Assembly: GCA_964651815.1 (NCBI GenBank)
Contig: CAZYWG010000008.1
Coordinates: forward strand, 4,824 to 68,823
Direction: 5' to 3'
Source: an uncultured Gammaproteobacteria bacterium
GTDB taxonomy: Bacteria > Patescibacteriota > Microgenomatia > Levybacterales > GWA1-39-11
Length of the DNA stretch: 64,000 nt
This document shows positions 1 to 9,966 of this stretch, in pieces; the first letter of the stretch is position 1; the number at the start of each line of letters is the position of its first letter. A program made the translations under genes and the position numbers. The notes beneath the pieces are model-generated. The model was given only the letters and a program-made list of their open reading frames with translations. It was not told the DNA's origin and ran no database searches.

Positions 1-155
1 CAAAATAAGAAAAATGAGTGGATAGTAAAAACAGCCTGGCGTGATCCTGAGCTCCCAGGAACAGCAGACGCAAAACGTAAAGCCGTTTGGAAACAATACA
101 ACAAAGCCGGAACTCTCGGAAAAATCTGGATCCAAATTAAACTACAAATGGGATT

Positions 156-2438
156 CTAAATGGAGTATGCAATATCTGGTTTTTTAATTTTTGCCTCTAG
201 AAATAGTTGCGGAATAAAACTACCTTCATAATAGGCTATAATATTTCTATAGCCTTGAACTCCTATCTTATTAAAAAAATCTTCAACATTTTCAAATTCA
301 CCCGATGAATGCTCAAGTTCCGCCAAATGCTCAAAGTATCTTTTTTTTATTTCAGCCTGCTGATTTTTAGGAGAAGAGCCTACCATTTCAGTAATCATCT
401 GACCAACAACTTTGCTTGCAAGGTATCTTACAACTATGTCATCCATCTCCTCTCCTGCCAGTGGCAAGAATTGAGCCGGCTCACCGCCTTTATTACTTAA
501 ATTCAATTTATATATTAATTGCATACCTCTGAATATAATCTGACCAGATTCATCATGCTCAACAATTTGACTCATTGCTTCGATACCTGAGTCCACTTTA
601 TTAGGGTCCAACCCCGGATAATCTTCAACCCATGCTGTTCTTTTTTGCTCTAGACCATTTTTCATTATCTCAATCATTGAGCCGTCTCTTGGGTAATCCC
701 TAAAAATAGGTGAAGCAAATATCGCATTAGTAACAATATCAGTTGCGAGCTTAATCTCAAGCCAATTATTCATCTCAATGTCCTGATCTTCCAATAATTT
801 ATAAGTATCGCTTGGCAAGCATAATGTAGGCTGTGGAAAAGAATAGTCGACAAATGCAGAATCAGGTACTTTCCTTCTCACAGGTTTTACATAACCCATA
901 TTACCGAGTAAAAAATCCCTAAAAGAATTGAGCTCTGTTTCGGGCATGTTCTCGTATGTTTTTTGATACTCATCCTGAGGAAGCCACAGAACATTTTCCC
1001 TAATGAAAGTGTAAGCTAGAGGATAAAAATCTTTTAACGTTTTGTCCGCAAGTGAAATAATTTCATCTGCTCTTTTTGGTTTTTCTTCTCTGACTTCCGC
1101 TCCATCACCAAAAGCCATCGCAATAAGTTTATCCAATGGTTCGACACTAACTTCAGGAACCACGATAGGGATAGACCTTGGAGGCTTTGCACTTCTCTTA
1201 AAAATTTGCTTTGGCGCTATTGGCGGTTTTCCCTTTTTCTTTTTTTCTCTTTTTTGTTTATTTTCATCTGATTCATCAACTGATTCACCGCGCTCAGGAT
1301 TATCAGCAACTTCCATGGGTTCTGCTATTGGCAGGATGGTCTTCTCAACAGGACTATTTATCCCTATTTCTATTTCTGCAGATGCAAGAATTTCTATTTC
1401 AGGTTGCAAAATTGGCGTTACAGCTTCTTTAAGATTTTGCTCCTGCGGTTTTTCAACCTCAGCCATTCTTGCGAAAGGAATTCCTTCATTTTCTAGAAAT
1501 ATTAACCCCATTTCCGAGGAAACTATTCTGGGAAAAAGATCATTAATTCCGCGTTGATCCAAAAATGCTTTGAGCTCTAGAAATCGATCACCCCGTTCAT
1601 GCTCGCGATACGGGTAATCCGACGGCCATTCCTCAGGTTGTATAAACCACCGTTTACCGTTAATTCTAGAATTGCCCAAACGTTTTTTTAAATTGTCTTC
1701 AGGGACCCTATATAGCATTTGAAGAAGGAGTGTCTCTTCGTATTCGTAATAAGCATCAAGAGTGCGTCCGTTAAGCATTAACCCTACTACTGCACCCTCT
1801 GCTTGAAGCGATAATTTTTCCCCATCTTTAATCTGCACTTTCATATCTTCCATAAGTTTAATTACTATAGGATCAAATGGGTTTTTTACGTATTCTGGTA
1901 TATGGCCTACAGCCTCTTGAGCTAACTGAACTAATACTTCCCGGCTTGCTTCCAATTTAACAACCGGAGTTAGTTCCTGAGTAACAGCTTGGACCAGAGA
2001 CCTAAAAAGGTACAATGATCCCTGAGATGCAAGAAGTTGGTCTTTCTTACTTACAATTGAATCTTGGAAAAAGTGTACAAAAGGTTCTGTTGATATTAAA
2101 ACATCAGCTGGATCTTGAGGGTTATCTTTTTGGATGTCATAGTAAGGTACTTGAGGTAAATACGCGTCTTTTAAGTATATTCCCCTACTCCGAGTTTCTC
2201 CTACTATTACATTATTGAAAGTAACGTGCCTAGAAAACGATTCTGCACGTTCTTCATAAGGGACAAATAAATTACCAGTTGCAAAGTTGAATTGTGATGG
2301 GTTTATTCCAAAAGATTTCTGCAAAACAGTACGCGACTCTCTTATAACTTCTCTAACATATGGATTACGAGAAAGACGTAACGCATCTTTTGAGCCCTGG
2401 TTTGATTCTGCTTGTTTTCCAACGGTTCTTTCAGGCAT
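156..2438 (-). CDS. large hypothetical protein (760 aa)
   Basis: Long uninterrupted minus-strand ORF. No motif I can place. Internal Lys-rich low-complexity linker (REKKKKGKPP). Co-directional with and 56 nt downstream of the PEPC gene. Confidence 0.5.
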   Translation of the reverse strand: MPERTVGKQAESNQGSKDALRLSRNPYVREVIRESRTVLQKSFGINPSQFNFATGNLFVPYEERAESFSRHVTFNNVIVGETRSRGIYLKDAYLPQVPYYDIQKDNPQDPADVLISTEPFVHFFQDSIVSKKDQLLASQGSLYLFRSLVQAVTQELTPVVKLEASREVLVQLAQEAVGHIPEYVKNPFDPIVIKLMEDMKVQIKDGEKLSLQAEGAVVGLMLNGRTLDAYYEYEETLLLQMLYRVPEDNLKKRLGNSRINGKRWFIQPEEWPSDYPYREHERGDRFLELKAFLDQRGINDLFPRIVSSEMGLIFLENEGIPFARMAEVEKPQEQNLKEAVTPILQPEIEILASAEIEIGINSPVEKTILPIAEPMEVADNPERGESVDESDENKQKREKKKKGKPPIAPKQIFKRSAKPPRSIPIVVPEVSVEPLDKLIAMAFGDGAEVREEKPKRADEIISLADKTLKDFYPLAYTFIRENVLWLPQDEYQKTYENMPETELNSFRDFLLGNMGYVKPVRRKVPDSAFVDYSFPQPTLCLPSDTYKLLEDQDIEMNNWLEIKLATDIVTNAIFASPIFRDYPRDGSMIEIMKNGLEQKRTAWVEDYPGLDPNKVDSGIEAMSQIVEHDESGQIIFRGMQLIYKLNLSNKGGEPAQFLPLAGEEMDDIVVRYLASKVVGQMITEMVGSSPKNQQAEIKKRYFEHLAELEHSSGEFENVEDFFNKIGVQGYRNIIAYYEGSFIPQLFLEAKIKKPDIAYSI

Positions 2439-2493
2439 CCGAATATTATAGCAGACCTATAATAAATGCTCAAGCTTTTCCGTGAAATTTATT

Positions 2494-4002
2494 TTACCCG
2501 AGACTCCTTCTGAGGATTCCGGCTTGGGTTATGAGTTCCCTTTCCGAATCTATATCATCTAGCCTTCCCAGAATTTTACTAGTAATCACACTGTGCTGTT
2601 TTTCATCTTTTGTAATGGATTCTAATTCTGTCCCTAAATAGTTTTCAATAAATCTTACATCTTCTTCAACCTCTTTCCACGCCGGATTTTTTTTGGCGAG
2701 TTTTTTTAAATTTTCTTTGTTCAAGAATTTTCCTGCTTGCAACAGGTCATGCCTTAGATTTACAAAATATTTTTCAAGAAGCCCTATCTTTTTTGTTCTG
2801 ATTGCGTAATCAATGGCGCGTCCTGTACCAATTAGCTCAGGTGGAACACCTAAAGAATACATAACGCAAGTGTATGATATTGCCCTTGGAAGTTTTATTT
2901 TACCCTCTCCTCTGGCATAACCAAACAGCCCAACATGCAAAAAACGCTCTCGCCTTTGTGGGATTGCTTCTGCAAGCTTATTTATAATAGGCGCAATATT
3001 CTCAACTACACTTTTGTAGTATTTCTCTGCTTGAATAATAAGAAGAACCAAATTCTTTTCGTCACCGGCCGAAATATCTTGAGCCTGACCTTTTGGAAGT
3101 CTTTTTTCAAATGCAGCGATCCCTTCTTTTACTTTTTCAAGAGGATAATCATGGCGGAATGCGCTCTGAATAGTTGTGGTCCTGACGCCTTTGTATTCTT
3201 CTATGAAGTTATCAATGTTGTCAGGCGAAACGCCACCGCGGAAAGGAAGAGACCCGGCTCCAATTATTGGGTAAAGCGGCATCTTCAATTTCTCTGAAAG
3301 TTTTTTGTAATGGGACAATGCAATTTTTACGCCTAAGACTGTTGGAATAATTCCGGAATTGAGAGCCGGGTCAGATCTTGCTACATAAGGCCTGAAATAG
3401 GCTGGCATTTTTTTGAATCTTTTTTTGTAAAGAGCGAAATATTTTTCAAGAATTTTATCAGACCGGATCATAGTTGAAACTTGTTCAAAAAGAGGGATTA
3501 CCTGAAGAAAATCTATCCCATGATCTTGTTTAAATAATGGGTGTTTGAGATGACTGATTTCAGCAAAAGCTTCTTGAATTGCAAAAATTTCCTCGGCCGT
3601 TTCTGTCATTGGAATAATTACTTCAAAAATTGAAGGACTGTGAAGTCCAAAATGTTTTGAAATAGACGCTGCAGAAATTATATTCATGAAAGCACGGCTG
3701 AGGCGGAATTCCGTTTCGACTTTTGGGTTGGGCAGACGGAAAGTCAAAAATTTATCTTTACCTATTGGATTTTTCTTAAAATAATCAAAGTATTTTGCAA
3801 AAAGCCTTTCGAGAACGGATTCATCAACTAACTTTCCTTCCCAATCCCATTTGTATTCCGTTGCACCAAGCTCGGCATATGATCTATATGCTTCTTCAGC
3901 TTCCTCTTGAGTACTTATATACGCACTGTCATGCCAATAAGGTACACTTGCGTGATCCGGATGCTGGGTTACCATAGTTGCTGGGATTTTCCTTGATTTC
4001 AT
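2494..4002 (-). CDS. ppcA: phosphoenolpyruvate carboxylase, archaeal type (PEPcase_2 family)
   Basis: About 500 aa with N-terminal ...IPATMVTQHPDH. This matches the conserved MxTQHPDN start of archaeal-type PEPC, which is much shorter than bacterial Ppc. Assignment from remembered family signature, not a search. Confidence 0.65.
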   Translation of the reverse strand: MKSRKIPATMVTQHPDHASVPYWHDSAYISTQEEAEEAYRSYAELGATEYKWDWEGKLVDESVLERLFAKYFDYFKKNPIGKDKFLTFRLPNPKVETEFRLSRAFMNIISAASISKHFGLHSPSIFEVIIPMTETAEEIFAIQEAFAEISHLKHPLFKQDHGIDFLQVIPLFEQVSTMIRSDKILEKYFALYKKRFKKMPAYFRPYVARSDPALNSGIIPTVLGVKIALSHYKKLSEKLKMPLYPIIGAGSLPFRGGVSPDNIDNFIEEYKGVRTTTIQSAFRHDYPLEKVKEGIAAFEKRLPKGQAQDISAGDEKNLVLLIIQAEKYYKSVVENIAPIINKLAEAIPQRRERFLHVGLFGYARGEGKIKLPRAISYTCVMYSLGVPPELIGTGRAIDYAIRTKKIGLLEKYFVNLRHDLLQAGKFLNKENLKKLAKKNPAWKEVEEDVRFIENYLGTELESITKDEKQHSVITSKILGRLDDIDSERELITQAGILRRSLG

Positions 4003-4243
4003 AATGTAAACAAACGAATGAAATTATAACAGAAATATAATTTGGTTGTTGACAAAAGTACTGCAAAAGTTTTACGCTTAAATAGTCGCATCTGTCGACT
4101 GATGTGGACTTGCCAAAGAAGTTACTAGTACTTTAGAGGGACAAGACTGCCCGGTATGCCTTAAAAAAGTGTACCAACAAGTGAAAAGATCTGTCCACAA
4201 GATGGATCTTTTTGCTTTTATAAGCACTTTTTACTTGCGCGAA

Positions 4244-4271
4244 TTGACTAATTTCAACTTTAAATTATAAT
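4244..4271 (+). promoter_or_regulatory. sigma70-like promoter TTGACT-N16-TATAAT positioned for a leaderless transcript
   Basis: TTGACT at 4244-4249, 16-nt spacer, TATAAT at 4266-4271. The predicted TSS about 7 nt downstream falls on the second ATG (4278) of the MMFSG... ORF, and no SD is possible. Confidence 0.4.
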
Positions 4272-4274
4272 GAA

Positions 4275-5270
4275 ATGATGTTCTCCGGAAGGCCACTTTT
4301 ATTCGTGATATTATTGGCTATCACGATACGGCTTCTTGCATTATTTATCAGTATCAAAAATCCACATTTTGCTTTTCAACAAGATAATTATCTAAATTAT
4401 ATTCTAGAACTCAGAACCGGAAAACTTAATATTGAAACCAACGTAGACTCGAGACTTTTCCCGGGATACCCGCTACTCATGCTGTTAATTTCAACTCTCA
4501 CCACGGTTCCACTTTTTATATCAGGCTTATTAATAAGCTTTGCTTCATCCATTTCTTCCATTATTTTATTTAACAATATGGTTAAGAATAAAATCGCCAC
4601 TTTATTGCTTTCAATTTTTCCTTCGGTTTGGATCTTATCTTCAATTAAAATCTCAACAGAACCTTTAACCGTCTTTTTACTACTCGCTTCCCTGTATTTA
4701 TTTTTGAAAAAAAAAATATTTTTGGCTGGGCTTATTCTGGGCTATGCAACCGGAGTGAGGCTTATTGCTATATGCTTATTCGCTGCACTAATGGTAGTAG
4801 GTTTCAAATGGTATGGACGAGAAAAACTCTTACCCTTGATTTCTGGATTTATTCTTGTATTATCATTTTTTGTTTGTTTCAATTTACTCGTCTTTGGTGA
4901 TATTTTTCATCAATTAGTAATCTACCCCAAAATTGGGGGTGCTTCCGGCAGCGCAATCGGAATAATCCAACTCGCAAAAGATATCCCGAGAACACTTGAC
5001 TGGCATCAGTATAGAATTTTCTTCTCCGGGCTATTTTATATTCTTATGTTTGTGGCTTCTGTTATATTTTTATCAAAATACAAAATCAAAAACAGTATTT
5101 TAGGAATTTGTTTTTTTTGGGCTTTGTTTTCATTGGCTTTCATACTTTTATATGGCCCGTCTCCCTTACTTGAAGAGTTTGGAAGATTTTCAATTCCAGC
5201 TCTCCCTGCAATAATTTTGGGAATCACAACTTTTTTTGACAATCGGAAAATTCTTATTACCCGAAAATGA
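4275..5270 (+). CDS. polytopic membrane protein, GT-C-type glycosyltransferase-like
   Basis: 331 aa, hydrophobic throughout with many predicted TM helices. Stop overlaps the next start (ATGA at 5267-5270), suggesting an operon with the GT39-like gene. Confidence 0.45.
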   Translation: MMFSGRPLLFVILLAITIRLLALFISIKNPHFAFQQDNYLNYILELRTGKLNIETNVDSRLFPGYPLLMLLISTLTTVPLFISGLLISFASSISSIILFNNMVKNKIATLLLSIFPSVWILSSIKISTEPLTVFLLLASLYLFLKKKIFLAGLILGYATGVRLIAICLFAALMVVGFKWYGREKLLPLISGFILVLSFFVCFNLLVFGDIFHQLVIYPKIGGASGSAIGIIQLAKDIPRTLDWHQYRIFFSGLFYILMFVASVIFLSKYKIKNSILGICFFWALFSLAFILLYGPSPLLEEFGRFSIPALPAIILGITTFFDNRKILITRK

Positions 5271-6859
5271 ATACCTTGGCAAAACTGTTTTTTCCGATAT
5301 CACTTTTTATTGTGATGTTGTTTTTTTTAATGTCAGGGACATTAACAGAGTCCCCTGTTTTTGACGAGATAACACATTTAAACGCAGGTTATGAATTCTT
5401 GGTACACCATGATTTTAGGTACGAACCCCTCAACCCCCCGCTTGCACGCGAACTAATTGCTATTCCAGAATTGGCAAACAGGAAAGCTGTCATGAATGAT
5501 CTCAGACTTATTCTCCCAAGATTTATAGTAATTATTTTTACTTTATCTCTTGGTTTAATAGTTTATCTGTTTTCAAAAAAACTTTTCGGATTTTCTGCTG
5601 CAATACTCGCACTTTTCTTTTTTGCATTTGATCCAAATATTCTTTCATATGGCCATTATGCTCAAACAGATCTAATATTTACTTTTTTTTACGTTTTAAC
5701 AATATTTCTCTATTACCTGTGGCGTGATAAATTTACAAAGAGAAAGACAATTATTTTTGGAATTATCACAGGCCTTCTTTTATCAACCAAAACAACAGCC
5801 CTCCCTTTTTTAACATTACCAATGATTTTATTGCTTTTCCAAAAATACCGGCACAGCAAATTTTTAAGTATAAATTTTTTCAAAAAAAGGCTTTCTTATA
5901 TTCTTATATTTTTGGCAGCTTGTCTCTTGGCTCTGTGGGGGACATATTTTTTTACTTTTGAACCTTTACTTGGCTATAGATATGACCCGGCGCGTCCAGC
6001 TATAAAAATCGCACAACATAATATTTTTGTGAAATTCGCGCTCACTCAACCGCTACCTCTTGGAAGTTATGTCAGCACTATAAAACAACAATTAGTCTTT
6101 AACTATTCCGGACTTTACAGAAAAGACACAATGCTCCTTGGAAATGTTTCATACACTGGACAGCCGGGATTATTTTTTATTCCCCTCATATTTATTAAAA
6201 CGCCTTTCCCTCTTCTTATTCTCTTCTTTTTAACACTGTTTGCCTTCAGGAAAAAGTTTTCTAAAGATTTTATTCTACTCTCACCAATTTTAAGCATTAT
6301 CTTTATATCTATTTTAGGGAATACTACAATTGTCTATAGATATATACTTCCAATTGTCCCACTGATAATTATTTACTCTTCTCAAATAGTTTTAGTAAAA
6401 ATAAAAAAAGATTTTCTTAAAAAAGTATCACTTTATTTAGTCTTGATTTGGTATATGGCAGAAAGCTTTTCCGTCTTCCCACATTATTTGTCCTATGTTA
6501 ATTTGGTACTTGGAGGATATAAAAATGGATATAAATATGTTTTTGATTCCAACTATGATTGGGGACAAGGCTTAATAGAACTTAAAAACTACCAGGAGAA
6601 TCATAAAAATCAAAAATTACAATTTGCATATTTTGGAGAGGCATCCCCCGCAAGCTATGGGATAAAATATGAAAGAATTCATAATGTTTTTAGCTCCACA
6701 GACGGAAAACAGGAAACAAAACTTAACGTCCAAAAAAATTCAACTATTGCAATAAATGAAACGTGTTGGTATCTTTGTGGATATTATAAAAATCCAATTC
6801 TTAAAAATAAAAAGCCTGAAGAAATAGCAAAGGGTTCAATATTGATTTTTAGGTTTTGA
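5267..6859 (+). CDS. GT39/ArnT/PMT-like phospholipid-carrier-dependent glycosyltransferase
   Basis: 530 aa polytopic membrane protein. The first extracytoplasmic loop carries PVFDEITHLNAGYEF, the DE..H/Y loop-1 signature of the PMT/ArnT GT-C family. Confidence 0.6.
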   Translation: MNTLAKLFFPISLFIVMLFFLMSGTLTESPVFDEITHLNAGYEFLVHHDFRYEPLNPPLARELIAIPELANRKAVMNDLRLILPRFIVIIFTLSLGLIVYLFSKKLFGFSAAILALFFFAFDPNILSYGHYAQTDLIFTFFYVLTIFLYYLWRDKFTKRKTIIFGIITGLLLSTKTTALPFLTLPMILLLFQKYRHSKFLSINFFKKRLSYILIFLAACLLALWGTYFFTFEPLLGYRYDPARPAIKIAQHNIFVKFALTQPLPLGSYVSTIKQQLVFNYSGLYRKDTMLLGNVSYTGQPGLFFIPLIFIKTPFPLLILFFLTLFAFRKKFSKDFILLSPILSIIFISILGNTTIVYRYILPIVPLIIIYSSQIVLVKIKKDFLKKVSLYLVLIWYMAESFSVFPHYLSYVNLVLGGYKNGYKYVFDSNYDWGQGLIELKNYQENHKNQKLQFAYFGEASPASYGIKYERIHNVFSSTDGKQETKLNVQKNSTIAINETCWYLCGYYKNPILKNKKPEEIAKGSILIFRF

Positions 6860-6868
6860 CGCATAAAT

Positions 6869-7408
6869 ATGAAAAATATTGCCGTATTTTGTTCTGCAAA
6901 TGATCTTCCTGAAAAGTATACAAATCCTGCCGTGGAATTTGCAGAGCTTATTGCCAAAAATGGGTACGGCCTTGTTTGGGGAGGCTCAAACACCGGTCTC
7001 ATGAAACTCATCGCATCGGCAGTGCAAGATTCCGGTGGAAAGATAACGGGCGTTTCCCTTGAAATATATAGGCATAAATTGCGGGAAAATGCCGACGAGA
7101 TGATAATTGAAAAGACTTTGGGAGAACGTAAAGCTACTATGCTTCTTAAGTCAGACGCAATAGTGGCTCTTGTTGGAGGTATTGGGACACTTGATGAAGT
7201 TACTGAGATAATTGAGCTCAAAAAGCAGGAATACCATAACAAACCTGTTGTAATACTAAATACTGAAAATTTTTATGAAGGTTTAAAAATGCAAATGCAA
7301 AAAATGGATGAAGAAGGATTTCTACCAAAAAAGTTAGAAGAATTTGTTTACTTTGCAGCAACGCCAATTGACGCGATTGACTACATAAATCTACACCTAA
7401 AAAGCTGA
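6869..7408 (+). CDS. LOG family protein (cytokinin riboside 5'-monophosphate phosphoribohydrolase-like, TIGR00730)
   Basis: 179 aa with VWGGSNTGLM and VALVGGIGTLDE motifs typical of the LOG/Rossmann lysine-decarboxylase-like family. Confidence 0.8.
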   Translation: MKNIAVFCSANDLPEKYTNPAVEFAELIAKNGYGLVWGGSNTGLMKLIASAVQDSGGKITGVSLEIYRHKLRENADEMIIEKTLGERKATMLLKSDAIVALVGGIGTLDEVTEIIELKKQEYHNKPVVILNTENFYEGLKMQMQKMDEEGFLPKKLEEFVYFAATPIDAIDYINLHLKS

Positions 7409-7976
7409 AACTATTATTATAGGACTGCGTATGGACACTTTTTGGTCTTTGTGGTAATATCTGGTTAGAACCTGCCTCAATTATTACATTTTTATTATTA
7501 AAATAAGGGATAATCTAAATATTTCTTAAGGTTAGCGATAGTAGATTTAGTACTATCATTTTTCCACTTCCTAAAACTACTATCCCTGATCTTAAAATTC
7601 TCAGGAATATTTTATATCTTTCACATATTAATAGCTGATATGGATCGAAGGATTATAGAGTATAGCTCTTTAACATACGAGGATTTTCAAAACAGATATA
7701 AAAAGTTCCACACCTGGCAACCGAGGATGGAAAAAGCTGGCTAAAAATTTAACCGGCTCTTCCCGTCCTTGGTGAAATGGGTGCACAAAAGTGCTAGAGT
7801 TTGAAAAAACTGACAAATCCATTGTGATGAAATCTATTCATCATCACACACCTTGGGTGGTAACTTATCAATCGTCCTCATTCCAGGGACGTTATAATTC
7901 AAGTTGAGTTTTCTACTTGCCAACCGGGCAGGAAGTTAATTCCTTGAGATGGAAACGCACGTTAGCAGAGAGGTTA

Positions 7977-8765
7977 ATGGTGAACAAGATACCTAAGCTC
8001 CTAGTAATTGCGGTAGCGTTCGCACTCAGTGTGTTCGCAACCAACCTTGCCCCCGCGCATAAGGCGCAAGCAAGCTCGAATGCCTTCCCGGTGACTCGCC
8101 AGGAGGTAATCGACCAGTTCCAGGTGGAACACGATCCCAACGACGGCTGCTTCGACGTAACGAAAGACACGTCCGGCTGGGAAATACATGGTACGTGGTT
8201 TAAGGTGTACTCGCTCGGTTCGACAGCAATGCAGCTCAAGATCGACATGAACCCCGGCCACTACAACAAGGACGGCAAGGATGGCCTCGTCGCAGCACTA
8301 AATAGTAACCCAGTTCCTAACGGCGCTGGTGGAGAACGCTATTTCGTTCCTGCTGGTCAGACGGTTTTCGTCTTCAGCACCGGTGTATGTGGTGTCGGTA
8401 TGACGATATACCCCGGAGCCATCGGTTCCTCGCCTACTACGTCGTCCTACACGCCGCCTACGTACGTTGCGCCCCCAGCTCTGCCGTTTACTCCGCCCGC
8501 GACCGGATCCGGAGATTGTGTTATGACAGCACAGGAGGCTGCTCAGCACACCGGCTTGCCATATGACCCTAGCTACTTCCACCAGCAGGATGGTCCTAAC
8601 GGCCAGAAGTACAACGGTCCATCCGTCTCGGTCCACTCGGATCTTCCCCTGTATGAGGTGCTGACGCCCGGGTATCCCGCGCAACCAGGACTCCCATATG
8701 GGCAGTACGAGACGACCATTGTGGCAACGGTCTACAAGATTTGCTCTCCGGGCAACGCTAAGTAG
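7977..8765 (+). CDS. secreted protein of unknown function in a GC-rich island
   Basis: The ORF frame is open from 7917, but the probable start is ATG 7977 (MVNKIPKLLVIAVAFALSVFATNLAPAHKAQASS = signal peptide) with GAGAGG SD 5 nt upstream. Codon usage is strongly GC-biased relative to neighbours. C-terminal half is rich in P/T/S/Y/G. Confidence 0.55.
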   Translation: MVNKIPKLLVIAVAFALSVFATNLAPAHKAQASSNAFPVTRQEVIDQFQVEHDPNDGCFDVTKDTSGWEIHGTWFKVYSLGSTAMQLKIDMNPGHYNKDGKDGLVAALNSNPVPNGAGGERYFVPAGQTVFVFSTGVCGVGMTIYPGAIGSSPTTSSYTPPTYVAPPALPFTPPATGSGDCVMTAQEAAQHTGLPYDPSYFHQQDGPNGQKYNGPSVSVHSDLPLYEVLTPGYPAQPGLPYGQYETTIVATVYKICSPGNAK

Positions 8766-8872
8766 TCCGTAACAACTGAATATTGATCCGTTGATCTTGC
8801 GCTGAAACGCGTGAAGTAGGACGAAGGTAATACCTTTGCGATTGATCCCGTTAAAGATCAACCCCCCGCTTT

Positions 8873-8905
8873 TTAAGTCGCAAGACTTAAAAGTGTTTCT
8901 GTTTT
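8873..8905 (+). terminator. candidate Rho-independent terminator
   Basis: TTAAGTC-GCAA-GACTTAA, a 7-bp stem with GNRA-like loop, followed by a U-rich tract (gtttctgtttt), about 110 nt after the stop of the GC-rich secreted-protein gene. Confidence 0.3.
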
Positions 8906-9160
8906 GAGACATGGAACAAGTCGCAAATCGATTTCAATCTCCCAATAGCAAGGGACCAAACGATCGTACGTAGACGAACTCCATGCGGGTAAGGTATGAA
9001 GATTTTGCATCACGCAACCTCGCAGTTTTTACTGCATCAGCTTTTTGCTGATTTCAAACCCCTTTCCCACCCTCGTATACGTACTACACGTTAAGCGTGT
9101 ACTGATGAGTCCGGTCTAGATTTTATCTGGACACAGGACGAATACGTAATGTGCCACAAA

Positions 9161-9826
9161 TTATATTGTTAAGCTGCTACCGTGAAGCTTCAACCATTTT
9201 ATTTGCTCTTTATATGAAGGGTTGAATGAGCGTACTAAATTCCAAAAGGCGCGTGAATGATTTTTTTCAACTGTGTGGGCAAGTTCGTGAATTACCACGT
9301 ACCTAACAACTAGAAGTGGAGCAAGAATTAACCTGTAATTAAATTGCAAACGGTTATCATGAGTGCAGGACCCCCACTTGGATCTGGTGTCTGAAAATGC
9401 AACGCTTGTATACGACGTTTTCATTTCTTTAGAATACTCAATTAATAGGTCCTTGATAATTTCACGAGCTCTTTGAATATACCAATTGTCAATTTCTTTT
9501 TTTGCCCGAAACAAGACAGCTCTCGGAAATAAAATGTTTTTGTCTTTAATTTCAATGCGAGAATAATTTCCAACCAAAAATGTGTATCCATTTCCCAAGT
9601 AAGAAAATTTTTCTCCATCAACATATTTTTTAACTTTTGAGGCGTGCTTTTTAACTGTGCCAATTCTTTTTTCAATCCAACCACTATTTCTCTTAATAAA
9701 ATTATTAATTAAAAACTTAGGAATTAGGTTTGGAGCTCTTACTTCTATTGTCCCGTCAGGCAACAAGTGAAGCGCCATAGTTTTTCTTCTGGAGCGCGTA
9801 ATTTTAATCTGTGACAAATCTAACAC
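9161..9826 (-). CDS. YgjP-like metal-dependent hydrolase (DUF45/WLM, M48-like HEXXH)
   Basis: 221 aa. HELAHTVEKNHSRAFW zinc-binding motif near the C-terminus, and the overall layout fits the YgjP/SprT-like family. Confidence 0.7.
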   Translation of the reverse strand: MLDLSQIKITRSRRKTMALHLLPDGTIEVRAPNLIPKFLINNFIKRNSGWIEKRIGTVKKHASKVKKYVDGEKFSYLGNGYTFLVGNYSRIEIKDKNILFPRAVLFRAKKEIDNWYIQRAREIIKDLLIEYSKEMKTSYTSVAFSDTRSKWGSCTHDNRLQFNYRLILAPLLVVRYVVIHELAHTVEKNHSRAFWNLVRSFNPSYKEQIKWLKLHGSSLTI

Positions 9827-9966
9827 TTTGTGGATAATAATACCTTTTTAAAAAACAAATTTCCAGCCTGCAAATAAATTGCATTTTCAGCAGCACTATG
9901 CCAAGATTATTATAGAAACGCTCCTGGTTTAAATAGTTTTTATTCTGAAATTAAAATGTAATTTAT

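Noticed and set aside
2935-3977. Plus-strand ORFs 2935..3297 and 3795..3977 inside the PEPC gene, and similar antisense ORFs within ftsZ, murA, murC and the 934-aa gene
   Set aside because: They are antisense to well-supported genes, with no motifs.
8789-8868. Long-range inverted repeat GTTGATCTT...AAGATCAAC downstream of the secreted-protein gene
   Set aside because: 9-bp arms separated by about 57 nt. Could be a border remnant of the GC island, but a single imperfectly supported stem is not enough to call a mobile-element terminus.
8001-8912. Minus-strand ORFs 7913..8248, 8001..8261, 8298..8912
   Set aside because: They lie antisense to or just after the GC-rich secreted-protein gene. High GC suppresses stop codons, and there is no SD or motif support.
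9090-9160. Hammerhead-ribozyme-like string CUGAUGA (9102-9108) followed by GUCC...GGAC-GAA
   Set aside because: The position-15.1 nucleotide after GAA is U, not A. No convincing stems I/III or UH cleavage site. CUGAUGA is expected several times by chance in 128 kb of both strands.
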